Source of the DNA: Neoconidiobolus thromboides FSU 785
Lineage: Eukaryota > Fungi > Entomophthoromycota
DNA length: 64,000 nucleotides
Reading direction: 5' to 3'
NCBI GenBank assembly: GCA_025603075.1
Contig: MU626309.1
Span: 52,968 to 116,967 of the forward strand
Part shown: piece after piece, positions 13,003-25,278 of the stretch
Position numbering within the stretch: the stretch's first letter is position 1
How the letters are laid out: each line of letters opens with the position of its first letter
Position numbers and translations under genes: made by a program
The notes under the pieces: model-generated
What the model saw: only the letters and a program-made list of their open reading frames with translations
Databases searched by the model: none
Told to the model about the DNA's origin: nothing

Positions 13003-14982
13003 ATGGAAATAACTGACAACTATTCACAAAAAAAGGATGGTAAGATAATAACTTGTTAAATTTAAATCTTTTTATACCCTATTTTAGACTTAGTGGAAGG
13101 CATTTCAAAACTTAATATTGACTCAAGTAATAAACACACCCCTTCTCCTTTAGAATTACAAGAAGGAAGTCGCAATACTTTTTTTCCTAACTCTGACTTT
13201 TATATAGAAGCTGATCAACATTCACCAATAAAGACTCAGGCTCAAACTCCAAGTCCAATCTCCCGCCCTTTACCAACTCCTAAAAGTAAAAGTAAAACAT
13301 TACCTAGGGAAAATACAAGCCAAAAACCATCAAATCGTAGTATGGTTAGTACCCAAACTACGGATAATGACCTCACATCGACAGGTAGTGGGAGTCATAT
13401 ATCTAAAGAGGATTCATATGGAGATAATGTACTTCATCATTCAAATAGTGACAACTTAAATTATTCAAAACCCAACACAAGTAAAGATATTAATGTGATA
13501 AACACTCGCTCTTACGATAATTTAAATCAAAATAATAATGAAATTGGCAGATCTGAAAGATCAAATAATATACTCAATCCACAAAGAAGTCATACTCAAC
13601 CATCATTTCCTAGCGGCCTAAGCGATAACTATCATAGTTCACATCCTTCTAGAGCTTCAACGATGAACGAAAGCCAGACCAGTGGAGGTTATTCAAGAAG
13701 TGACAGTGAATCAAGATCAATGTACTATGATCAAAGCCGAACGGAGAATTCAAGGCAAGGTGATAGAGGTATGGATGACTATCCATCTCGAAATAGTACA
13801 AGTTCAGGATATCCACAAATCAATCCAACGTCGCCCCAAACTGAGCAAAAGTCTGAGATTCCAACTAAAGAAGCATTGGAAACTTATCGTCAAAATGCTA
13901 AGAAAAGTCATGATCCAGAAGTTCAATTAGACTTTGCCAAATATTTGATTGAAACAGCTGCTTTAGTACTTGAAAATCAAGATGATGCTATTGATCCCCA
14001 AACGGCTCGTAAACTTCATGATTCTTTAATAACTGAGGCTTTAAAATGGATAAAGAGGCTATCAAGTCAAGGTATCGGATTAGGCAAAGGAGCCTATCCA
14101 GAAGCACAATTTTTTTTAGCTAACTGTTATAATAACGGCTCTTTAGGACTCTCTGTTGATCATGATAAAGCATTTAATCTCTATGTCCAAGCTTCAAAAC
14201 AAAATCATCCAGCTGCTACCTATCGTACTGGAGTTTGTTATGAATTTGGGGCAGGAACAAAGCGTGATCATCATCGATCTTTACAATTTTTCAGAAAAGC
14301 TGCAGCACTTGGTGATACAGCTGCTATGTTCAAAGTTGGGATGGTTCTTCTTAAAGGAGGATTAGGTCAACAGCCTAATCCTAGAGAAGGAATTACTTGG
14401 CTTAAAAGAGCTGCTGCTGCTGCCGATGAAGAAAATCCCCATGCTCTTCATGAACTTGCATCATGTTATGAAAAAGGTGGAATTCCTTCTATTATAGCTG
14501 ATCCATCATATTCTAGAGAGTTATATACTCAAGCAGCACAATTGGGGTATGCTCATTCTCAATTTAAGCTTGGTGTTTGTTATGAACAAGGACTGTTAAC
14601 ATGCCCAATTGACCCTAGAAGATCGATTGCTTGGTTTACGCGTGGGGCAGAGCAAGGGGATCCGGAATGTGAGCTTGCGTTATCTGGATGGTATTTAACT
14701 GGATCTGAAGGTGTTTTAAAACAATCTGATACTGAAGCTTACCTTTGGGCGAGAAAAGCTGCTGATAAAGGGTTAGCAAAAGCAGAATATGCAGTTGGAT
14801 ATTATTCAGAAGTTGGAATTGGGGTGCGTCAAGACCTTGAAGAAGCACGACGTTGGTACATGCGCGCAGCGGCACAAGGAAATAAAAGAGCAATGCAAAG
14901 ATTATCTGAGCTTAAAAAAACAGGATCAACTAGAAAGGGGGGACCTAAATCAAAGGAGGAAGCAGGATGCAATATAGCATAA
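13003..14982 (+). CDS. CHS4: Sel1-repeat chitin synthase activator (Chs4/Skt5 family)
   Basis: Low-complexity Ser-rich N-terminus, then YRQNAKKS.DPEVQLDFAKYL and ~7 Sel1 repeats (YPEAQFFLANCY, LSGWYLTGSEGVL). Ends in a CaaX motif (CNIA). First intron 13040-13087. Confidence 0.9.
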
Positions 14983-15306
14983 GGGTATCAATAAGAATAT
15001 GTAAGTCTATATCAATACAATGATAAAAATTTATTGATAATATTATTAGCTATCTTCTGGAAGATCAAATTAAATCGTATCAGTTACAAAAGTTGGCATA
15101 GTAAACTAGCTTGCATATTGCGTTACATTTAACTTTAATTTTAGTCTTAATTTTATTTTTATAAACAACTAATTTATTTAACTTTTTTACAATAAAGTTA
15201 GTAATTATCGCAATGCTCTGATTAATAATTTTAGTTTATATATTTATTAATAAATAATATATACTATTTAAAAGAAATACAGGACTTTCATCATAAATAA
15301 ATATAT

Positions 15307-15402
15307 GGGGGTGTTTTTTTAGCTTCATTACTTTTTCCATTTTTTAAGTGCTATTTGAGTGGAAAAGTTATCAGCAAAATTCTTAAACAAAAATACATCC
15401 TC
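15307..15402 (+). mobile_element. MITE copy (a further partial copy lies at ~15436-15497)
   Basis: AT-GGGGGTG...CATCCTC-AT. Confidence 0.85.
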
Positions 15403-15552
15403 ATATTGTATAATAGTTGAATCTCTAATTATAATGAGATATATTTTGGTTTCATTTATCTGTCGATTTTTAAGGGCTATCTGAGTGGAAAAATCGCTAA
15501 TTAGATTTACAAATGTGAGATGTAGATTTTATTGTATTCAAATTTTGTATAT

Positions 15553-15649
15553 GAAGATGTATTTTGTATTTAAAAACTTTACTAACGATTTTTCTGCTCA
15601 AACAGGGCTTAAAAATGGAAAAAGGTAATGAAACCAAAAAAACATCCCC
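15553..15649 (-). mobile_element. MITE copy
   Basis: AT-GAAGATG...CATCCCC-AT, reverse core. Confidence 0.8.
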
Positions 15650-15768
15650 ATATGTAGACAAATTTAATACATAAAAGAGTAACATAATGATATTAGTACA
15701 AAAATTTAAATAAATAGATAACATATTTTAATAAGGTTAGAATAGATAGTGTTTTATTTTTTTGACAC

Positions 15769-16782
15769 TTACTTACGAGCAGCAGCATCACGGGCAATAG
15801 CAGCAAGCTTCTTACGAGTAGCAGCTTGAGATTTAACACCCATAACACCTCCACCCCAGGTACGACGAGCTTCATCGAATTTGTTGAGGTAGTTAGCATT
15901 AACGGCTTCAATTAAAGAAGCAAAGGCAGCTTTATCAGCTTCCTTGATATCAGTGATAGCAAGAGCAGTAGCAGTCTTTTGATGTACTACAGTACCAAGA
16001 CGAGATTTATCTTTAACAATGCAGTATGGGACACCCATCTTACGGCAAAGAGCTGGAAGCCATACAACTAACTAATAAAAAGAATGAGTTTCATAAGCCT
16101 CTATAAGGGGAATTTTTTAAGTTATCAACCAGCTCCATTGAGTCGGTTCTATTTAATAGAACGAATGAGCTCAATATCATCACCAGGATTTCATAGGGTC
16201 ATTGAGGCTTTGAAAATAATAGATGATAAAATTTAACTTACCTCAATTGGGTCAACATCATGAGCAATGACAACAAGTTGAGCTTTTTTGCTTTCAATTA
16301 AAGCAGTGATATGGTTTAAACCAAATTTGACAAAATATGGCTTTTCGCTGGCTGGCTTGTTACCAGTTTCAGCTACAGATTTAGCAATAGCTTCAAGACG
16401 TTCTTTCTTTTCAATACGAGTTTCTGGACGGTATTTGTTTAAAAGAGTGAAAAGATTGACAACAGTGTTACGGTCTAAAGTTTTGGTGAATTGGTTGATG
16501 GATGGTGGTACCTTAACACGGAGCTTAAGGATTTTACGTTGACGTTGTAAACGAACGTATTGTGGCCATTTGACAAAACGAGTTAAATCACGTTTTGGTT
16601 GGATATCATTACCAATAGAGTAGTTCTTTTGTTTTTGTTCGAAAAGTGGGTTAGCAGTTTGCTTTTTGTCAGCAACTTTGACGATGCTTGGAGCTGGAGC
16701 AACTTTCTTCTTGTTCTTTTGTGGAGCCTTTACATATGTTAGACTCTTTGTTTCTAAGGGTTGTAAATGTTGAACTTACCAT
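15769..16782 (-). CDS. RPL8: 60S ribosomal protein eL8 (L7a/L8)
   Basis: ATG-only first exon (16780-16782), exon 16242-16727 ([35 protein letters not shown]) and exon 15769-16071 ([26 protein letters not shown]). Strongly biased codons. Confidence 0.97.
16095..16210 (-). ncRNA. Candidate structured intronic RNA in RPL8 intron 2 (snoRNA-like or autoregulatory element)
   Basis: The 170-nt intron has a terminal stem AAGCCTC/GAGGCTT, internal stems (CTCAAT/ATTGAG, GTTCTAT/ATAGAAC) and a box-C-like GTGATGA. No canonical CTGA or ACA was found. Confidence 0.4.
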
Positions 16783-18137
16783 TTTATCTTATTAAATTAC
16801 CGATGGATGCACTAAAAAGTGTACAATGTCTTTAGACTGGTAAAAGGAAAGGACTACTCTTGGTTTTTTAAGTTTATAACTCAAACTTTTGATCCAAGTT
16901 TTGCAATTAGAATTTTCGAAAATGCAAATGATTTGAATTTGAAGCTTAAAAATTGGATATTAAGATTTTCAATTATAATAATTTCAATACAAGATTCTTT
17001 ATTATGTTTCTAATCATAGTCGTATCAAGTCCCGATTGACATAAAAATAAATGAAAAATCCGTTATATTGATCAACTTTAGCATTTAATACTCTAAAATC
17101 TTAGTTTATAAATAAATATAAAAATTGATTTAAACTTACTGATATAGCTACTATGTTTTGAACATATTATTTAATTGATAATATTCATACTATTATTCAA
17201 TACTTTTTAATTTGTGTATTTGAAACATAAGCTCATTACTAACATTTAAAAGAAATAGACAATTTAGTTAGGAATTTTAAACATTAAGCTTATTCATAGT
17301 TTAATTATTTTATTTGTGTAGTTTTTATAATTTATATTATATAAATAAAGCCTGTAAGTAATTATAAGAAATAATAACATCAATTTTAAAATCATCGAAT
17401 CTTTTATCTTTACAGATTATGAGGAGTGTTTTAAAACAAAACAAAAGGAAAGGAGGAAACTATAAAACGAATCGTTAAAGTAAGGGATGAAAAAGAAAAA
17501 GATAACAAAAAGAGAAGGAAGCCCGAAAAAGAACAGAAAGGTCATGGACAAAAGATAAGGTAGTAGTTTACAATCTTCATTTTACAGTTAAACAAAATAT
17601 TGACAAGTAATTTCTCATCTTTGGGAAAGATTTCTAATTTTTAAGAGGTTAAAAAAAATTTCTTAAAAATGTGAGTTCTTCGTTCTTTCACTGCAATATC
17701 TATAGGCAATAAAGAGCTTAAAGAGTTGTAGTTGAGCTTGTCAGAACGTTTGCAGATAATCCACACTACTATGCTAGCAATAAAAAGTAAGGTTCCTGGT
17801 GAGACTAAAGGAAACAATTATTCAACAAATGGCAATAAAATTAGAGAAACATTACTTCTAACTATTAAATTTTGAATAAAATTTTAAACTAAATATCCTA
17901 AAAACAGTTAATATAGTAAAATCAAAAAAGGTACTCTTAAGTTTATTTTAGTTGATACATAAAGTAATAAAGTAACAAAGTAAAAAACTAAAAATAAATA
18001 AATTTCAACTTATTAAAAATATGGCCATATTTTTATTGACATGTATGAAAAATAAAACAATGAGAGTGTTAATATTTTTTAAATAAAACTTAAATTTTAG
18101 AGTGCTTGTTATGACTATCCCATCGAAGTTCACTAAT

Positions 18138-19148
18138 TTATCCCCTTTTAAAAACATCATCAAGCAAGAACTTAATCCCTTCTGCTATTTTTCGATTAGC
18201 TCGGATGATAACAAAAGGCGTAATAAAGCAGCTTATGGAATATAATAAAGTATAAATACATTGAGTCCAAATTGGTGCTTCAGTCTGGGTTATGTTTTCA
18301 TATAATACAAAGCAGATAAAAGGTACATGGGTACAGGTGTATACAATAGTAGCTGGTAGAAACTTCTTTAAAATGGCTTTTTCAGAGGCGCTTGCTACTC
18401 TTTGTGGGCGTGACTCATTGATACAAGGTATCTTTGAGTTACTTGACTCAACATCTGATAGTTGAGTTGGTTCCGACCGTTCAGTTGTACGTTTAATTGA
18501 AGTGTTAAGGGTAGAAGAATTGAAAGTTGATTTTAATAAATCACTGAATTTAAGGATGATCATGAATGCGAAAAAAGCATGTGTTATACCACCAAGCATC
18601 ATGATACAAATGTATAATATAGTTACCACCAGAGATAGTGAATCATGAGAAGTATAAGGTATAGTCACTATCAAAGCACTTGAATGTGGTAAAAATGCAT
18701 TTAGCATAGCAACTGGTATTAACAATACTATGCATACAGCCCAATACATGAATAAAATGCCGAACCAGTATGTAGGCTCTATATTTCTTTCTAAAGCAAT
18801 TAACCAGAAGTAATAAGAGTATCTCATACCAACTGAAAAAGGAAAGGTCAATAAAGCTAAATTAAATGAAAAGCCAAGTAATTGATATAACCAGATTGGA
18901 AGCTGACTATGGTCGTTTGTAACCCATAGTATTGATAGGCCAATGGTTGATACTGAATACATCAAAACAGGTAGCATCATATGAGCAATTAATACATTGC
19001 CAACTGTGTCTCTTGAAAACATACGATCCCTTAACAAAACAAAAGTAACTAACATCATCGGAAAAAGGCTCAATGTGCAAAAGATAATATTTATTATATG
19101 AAATACATGAAGCAGTGTATGTTCGGCATTATTTCCACTCAAATACAT
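18138..19148 (-). CDS. Seven-transmembrane, rhodopsin-like GPCR candidate (paralog 1)
   Basis: Intronless 336 aa with 7 hydrophobic segments; MRY at the TM3 end (DRY position), C..P in TM6 and TPF in TM7. Confidence 0.8.
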   Translation of the reverse strand: MYLSGNNAEHTLLHVFHIINIIFCTLSLFPMMLVTFVLLRDRMFSRDTVGNVLIAHMMLPVLMYSVSTIGLSILWVTNDHSQLPIWLYQLLGFSFNLALLTFPFSVGMRYSYYFWLIALERNIEPTYWFGILFMYWAVCIVLLIPVAMLNAFLPHSSALIVTIPYTSHDSLSLVVTILYICIMMLGGITHAFFAFMIILKFSDLLKSTFNSSTLNTSIKRTTERSEPTQLSDVESSNSKIPCINESRPQRVASASEKAILKKFLPATIVYTCTHVPFICFVLYENITQTEAPIWTQCIYTLLYSISCFITPFVIIRANRKIAEGIKFLLDDVFKRG

Positions 19149-20249
19149 TTTAAATTGTAAATAGTAAGATTAAAAGTAAAATTTGGTTGCTTTGCTCTGA
19201 TTTCGTTAATTCATAGCTTCTATTTATATATTATTTTCAAACCCATATTTAGGTATTGGTTTGTTTTTAAAACCTCTCTTATTTTGAATCATAACAATTT
19301 GTATTAATTTTATTCCAAATTGGTTTATCATTAAGTAAAAGTTTATTCTTTAAAAGTTTGTAAAAATGAACAATAGTTTAAATTGGCAGAACAAACTATT
19401 TGCTTCTTGTAACTTATCCTAATGGACTAAATATACTATTAGGAAAAATATTTATAGTAGCGTCAAACATTGTATTTTTTTATATAGCCATAAGTTATAG
19501 AATATTAAAGATCCATATTAAATATATCACATTGCATAATAAAAATTAGTTACATTATAGGTAAATAGATTTGTGTCAACTTCTTAATTAAGGCTTAGAA
19601 ATAAAAAACAAAGCGGGCATATGGATCTTTATTAAGGTGCTTTTCTCTAGCTATATCAAAAAAGTCATTTTTCTATTCATTGAATTTAATCTAAGATTTT
19701 AGAATTTAAAATCAGAATTTTATATTTTCATTCTTATCGCAAAAAGATATATGAATTATAAAATAAGAGCAATGTGCAATTATTTTATTAATGCTAATAT
19801 AGTATTACAATCCTATTAATATTTCACTGTCAATTAGCTTATTTAAATGAATTATTAACACTATCAAACTTTAATGAATAGGCAATCCACTTATTTAATT
19901 TACTCTAAGATCATAGTAAAGTAGTGAGAAAAATAGACTTACCAATCCTCTAGTTCCTGACACCTTAGCGTTTAGTCAAAGTATACACAATGCTATCGAA
20001 TGAGTATGATGATTATATTAAGTTAAAAAAATAAGTTAGATTTTCAAAACATGCATTAAATAAATAATAACATAAAATTTGATTTATTGACTTTGATTAA
20101 AGCAACAAAATAAAGTGAAATAAAATAAAATAACTTTTATTTGAAGCTTATCTGGATTAATATTGTTAAACACTTACACTTGAATAATGTTTAGGCATAA
20201 CTTTTTTAATGTATAGAAATCAAATCAATATTGAAAATTTAAACCTTGT

Positions 20250-20346
20250 GTGGATGTTTTTTTTGATTTCATTACCTTTTCTGTTTCTTAATTGCTATTT
20301 AAGTGGAAAAATTGAGTAAAATTCTTAAACAAAAAAGTACATCCCC
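20250..20346 (+). mobile_element. MITE copy
   Basis: Family core ending ACATCCCC-AT. Confidence 0.78.
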
Positions 20347-20838
20347 ATATGCTAATTTATTTAAAACTAGATTGATAAATGCCATTGAATATATCATTAG
20401 AAAATTGTTATTGCTTATTAACATCATTCATAAAATTGGGTTGTAATCCTTATTGTTTTTTATGCTTAAGACTATCTTTTAATCTAAACTAGTGATTATT
20501 AATTTGAATTTACTATAATGTTTTCAATGACCTGTTATAGTGCTTTAAATATTTTGTATTGATCAAATTAAAGTCGTATAATTCTAGTTCAATTATCCTT
20601 ACCTTTAAATTAAAGAATTTACAAATATATAAACATTAAAATACTCATATATTAATTGAAGTTAATATTTTTAGTGGTGAATAAAATTAAGTATATTTTG
20701 ACCACTTTGTTTTAATTAGTACATTAAAAAAGTAAAGAGTAAGGGTGGGAATTAATTATAGTTTATTAAATGTGTATTCATATGCATGTTAACAAATATA
20801 GGAGATGAAATGATAAAAGTGTTGATGTTTTATAATAC

Positions 20839-21888
20839 TTATGCTTTGGTCATCCTAACTTGAAATTCATTATTTTTTCCCCCACACCTAAAGATTTCAC
20901 TAAACAAAAATCTGATATCTTTTGCTATTTTTCGATTAGCTCGAATAATAACAATAGGTACAACAAAACAGCTTATGGAAGAGAATAAGGTATAAGCACT
21001 CTGAACCCAAACTGGAGCTTCTCTTTCGGCTATATTTTCATATAACACAAAGCAGATAAAAGGTGCATAGGTACATGCGTACAAAATAGTAGCTGGTAGA
21101 AACTTCTTTAAAATGGCTTTTTCAGAGGCGCTTGCTACTCTTTGTGGGCGTGACTTGTTGATACAAGGTGCCTTTGAATTACTCGATTCAATGTCCGACA
21201 GTTGTATTGGTTCTATTTGCTCAATCGTATTTTTAGCTGAAGTATCGAGAACTGTAGGATCCAAAGTTGATTCTAATAAATTACTAAACTTAAGAAAGAT
21301 CATGAATGCAAAAAATGTATGCATTATACCACCAAGGGCCATGACAACAATGAACAAAATGGTCATTATTAGTGATAATGGATCATGAGAAGTATAAGGT
21401 ATAGTCACTATTAAAAAATTTGAATGGGGTGAAAACCTATTTAAGATAGCAACTGGCATTAATAATACTATGCATGTAGCCCAATAAATAAATAAAACAT
21501 TAAACCAGTATATAGGTTTTATTTCCCTTTCTAAAGCAACTAACCAAAAATAATAAGAATATCTCATACCAACTGAAAAAGGAAAAGTCAATAAAGCTAG
21601 ATTAAATAAAAAGCCAAATAGTTGATATAATTGGATTTTAAGTCGATTATGATCATTCATAATCCACAATATTGATAGAGCAATGGTTGATACTGAATAT
21701 ATCAAAACAGGTAGCATCATATGAACAATTAGTATATTCCCAAATCTATCTTTTGCGACCTTACGATTTCTTAATAAAACAATTACAATTACAATCATTG
21801 GAAAAAGGGACAGTGCACAAAAGATAACATTTACTATATGAAATACATGAAGCAGTGTATGTTCGGTGCTATTTTCACTCAAGTACAT
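20839..21888 (-). CDS. Seven-transmembrane, rhodopsin-like GPCR candidate (paralog 2)
   Basis: 349 aa, colinear with paralog 1, with long identical blocks (NLALLTFPFSVGMRYSYYFWL, RPQRVASASEKAILKKFLPATI). Confidence 0.8.
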   Translation of the reverse strand: MYLSENSTEHTLLHVFHIVNVIFCALSLFPMIVIVIVLLRNRKVAKDRFGNILIVHMMLPVLIYSVSTIALSILWIMNDHNRLKIQLYQLFGFLFNLALLTFPFSVGMRYSYYFWLVALEREIKPIYWFNVLFIYWATCIVLLMPVAILNRFSPHSNFLIVTIPYTSHDPLSLIMTILFIVVMALGGIMHTFFAFMIFLKFSNLLESTLDPTVLDTSAKNTIEQIEPIQLSDIESSNSKAPCINKSRPQRVASASEKAILKKFLPATILYACTYAPFICFVLYENIAEREAPVWVQSAYTLFSSISCFVVPIVIIRANRKIAKDIRFLFSEIFRCGGKNNEFQVRMTKA

Positions 21889-22579
21889 TAAGATTATAGA
21901 TCGTAAAAGTAAAGTTTGATTTTATCTCGTTTATCTGTATTTGTTATTTATATGTCATTTTCAAACACATCTCTAGATGTTACTTTACTCTGTAAAACCT
22001 CTCTTATTCTAAAATATAAACCAATCTATATTATTTACCCCAAATTGGTTTACTAAATAAATTTTTATTTTTCAACTTGAAAAATATGTGAAATAGCTTA
22101 AAGATTATAAATTAGTGAATTCGTTATTGCCAGCTTTAATAAGCTAAGTATACTATTATAAATAGTATTTATAGTAGCTTTGGTTACTTTGTATTTTCTT
22201 GTTACAGAACATTGTTATATTTTAATTCTATCTCAATGTCAATATTACTTGATAAAAATTAACTACATTATGAGTTAAATTAATTTATTATAATAAAACC
22301 CTTAACTAAAGCTTGAAATCAAAATAATGATATGTATTAGATATTTTTATTATCGAGTATGTTTATGGCTGTGCATTGAAAAATCTCTTTTTATTCACCA
22401 AATTTGACTTTAAGACTTAATACTTTATAATAAGAGTTCCACCTTTTTTATTATAAAATAATAAAATAAATAGAATTCGTTATTATTTTGCTATTATTAC
22501 AATTATACAAATATGTTACTGTAAATTACCATATTAAAATGAATTATTTTGAAACGATTTTAAGCTTTGACAAATATAT

Positions 22580-22681
22580 GGGGGATGTGTATTTTTATGT
22601 TTAAGAATTTTACTAACAATCTTTCTGGTCAAATAGCGCTTAAAGAAATGGAAAAAGTGATGAAGCCAAAAAAACGCCCCC
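22580..22681 (-). mobile_element. MITE copy
   Basis: AT-GGGGGATG...GCCCCC-AT, reverse core. Confidence 0.82.
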
Positions 22682-23216
22682 ATATGACCCACTTTTTTAT
22701 TTTAAGCTCTAATATAGTAAGACAACGATATGCTTACTATTTCGAACCTTTGTTACTTTAATATTTAGTCAATATATATTTAGTAAAATTCATAGTACGG
22801 CAGCATTTATATTTAAATTAAAAAGGATCCTCCATTAAATTTTGAGACATTTATTAATTTTATAAAAATAACGGTAATTCTAATAGATTAGTCTAACTAA
22901 ATAAAACACATCTACAAATAGACAATAACTGATATTGAATAAAACTTGATTTATAGACATTAGTACAATTTTTACTTAAAATCGATGCTTTAAAGTACAA
23001 ACTGATTTTAATAATTATTTTGAATGCCTTAATACAAACCCCAGCTCATACTCCTCTTTTCTAGATATTTTTTGGAGTTTCCAAGATAAAGGGTTCTTTA
23101 GAGTTTGTAGGCTTATTAGAGACAAATCCTCTCAGCTTTTACCACTAAAACCAAGTAAGATGAACCAGAAAAAGTTGCATTGTGTTTTAATGTTCATATT
23201 ATATGCAATCAATAAT

Positions 23217-23314
23217 GGGGATGGTTTTTTGATTTCATTACTTTTTCCACCTTTTAAGCGCTATTTGAGCGGAAAAGTTGTTAGTAAAATTCTTAAACAC
23301 AAAAATACATCCCT
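23217..23314 (+). mobile_element. MITE copy close to consensus
   Basis: AT-GGGGATG...AAGCGCTATTTGAGCGGAAAA...ACATCCCT. Confidence 0.85.
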
Positions 23315-24032
23315 AATAGTAAATATTAAACTACATCCTAATTTGTTTGTAAATTGGTTTGTTGAGACCAGAAAATAGATTTGTAAAAGCTCATTATTAA
23401 GCATCAAATAACACAAATTAAAATGTCCTTATTAATTATTAGTATGATTTATAATATTTGATAATTAATTATTGTTTCCTTTACGCTTACAGTTATTTTT
23501 AAATTTAAAAGAGCATATATTTAAGGATTATTATAGTATTTTCAATGACCTATTATGTCACCTGAAATGGTATAAATTAACAATTTTAAACCCACTTTAA
23601 ACTAAATTATGCTCATTTCTAAATTAAACAAATTATAAACAAATGTTAAAATAAACTGTTTTATCAAAACTGCTATATAATTACAGTCGATCTTTATTAC
23701 TTACCAACGGCTTTAAATCATTGAAATTTCAATGTTTGAATGTAATATATTTTAGTTACTAGGTCCAACTTTATCATATAATCAAATAGTAGTCAATTGA
23801 GCGGAGTCATCTTTTTTATAACAATAAAACTTTAATGCAACTTAGTAGTAATTTGAGATTTTTACTGCTTTATTAGTATATAAATATACTAAACTTAATA
23901 TTATATAATTGCTGAAATATATCTCTATTCTACAATAGATTCTTATTCTCTCAATTATTTGTCATTATATAAAATAATAAATGATATTGATTTTAATTTT
24001 AGCTTTAAGTTGTTGACCTTAAAGTCACTTTT

Positions 24033-24128
24033 GAGATATTCCTTTAAATTTTGTCATTTTTCTGTTTTCTAAGTGCTATTAAGTGGAAAGAAGATCAGTA
24101 TATTTCTTAAGTAAAAAAGACTTCATCA
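24033..24128 (+). mobile_element. Decayed MITE copy
   Basis: TAAGTGCTATT-AAGTGGAAAG core with decayed ends. Confidence 0.55.
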
Positions 24129-24344
24129 TTTAATAAAATTTGATGTATTTGTTTTTATCTTTTACTTGTTTTTAATTCTATATTGTAACCCAAGGCAAAA
24201 GCCATTGATTCGATTTTATTATAGTATTTTTAATAATTTGTTATAGCATTTCGAAGGTTTAAGTTATCACTTTAAAGTCGCTTTTAATTTTCATGTTTGT
24301 TTCTAAATTGAATTTGAAATTAAAGAATTTATAGATAAATATAT

Positions 24345-24442
24345 GGGGGTGTTTTTTTAGCTTCATTACTTTTTCCATCTTTTAAGCACTATTTGAGCGG
24401 AAAAGTTGTTAGTAGAATTCTTAAACACAAAAATCCATTCCC
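24345..24442 (+). mobile_element. MITE copy
   Basis: AT-GGGGGTG...CATTCCC-AT. Confidence 0.85.
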
Positions 24443-25278
24443 ATATGTTAAAATAATAACATATTAATTAAAATCTCTATGGAATCATAACCACTATTTT
24501 TAGCATATTAATAGATCTAGTACATCAAAAGATCAATATTTTGTTCTCATGCGTTTAAATATTTGAGATTAAATTTTAATTTATCTAAATGATAGTTAAA
24601 TATAATAAATCCTCTCTTTTCAAATAAAGCCTTAATAAAACTTGTAAAAAGTGGAACATTTTTTACTGTTTGATTAATAAAAATACATCAATATCGGTAT
24701 GGTATCTATCAATCTTGACGCTATCTAAAAAAATAGAATGCAGGTTAATTTTGTCATTTTACTTGAGACATTAGTTGACTATAATTTGATTTTTATTAAA
24801 ATAATTATTATAAAATTCCTTTTATATGTAAATAAATTAATTTTTATAGCTCAGGAAGTTTAAAATACATTACTTTATTACTAGAGTCTGATTTAAGATT
24901 CAAAAAATAAAACAAAATACTTTTTGATATCATTAAAATTGAACTAATATATTAATTAAGGCCCATTGAAAAGAATTCTTGTATTGTATCTTGTTTATAA
25001 ACTCCCTTCTACTTACCTGAAACTTGTGCTACTATTCCTTTCTCATTGTTTATTGTTACTTTTGATAAAGAACGAGATTTAGATTTTGTTCTTTTCGAGG
25101 TTCGATCCAAGAACAGTAACTAGGAGATAATGAAATATTATAATTTTTGATTAGAAAATAAACAAATATCGAAATTGGGGCAAACCAAATTTTAATTTGA
25201 GCCAATTAAATATTTCAAATAATTTGACTTAATTATTCTTAAAATTCAAAGTTGGTAGTTTATCTTTTAATTAAAAAT

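Noticed and set aside
16150-16210. ATGA...TGAT motif in the RPL8 intron read as a SECIS element
   Set aside because: It is intronic, helix II is too short, and no in-frame TGA selenoprotein candidate was seen.
22985-23150. Minus-strand peptide ...PKISRKEEYELGFVLRH resembling a chromovirus chromodomain start
   Set aside because: The similarity is short and ends in stops without the following YLVKW motif; it cannot be supported without an HMM search.
25010-25112. ACTTACCTG (U1 snRNA 5'-like) and a GGTTCGATCC B-box-like motif
   Set aside because: No U1 stem-loops or Sm site, and no tRNA cloverleaf or A-box; probably chance or a minus-strand splice-site relic.
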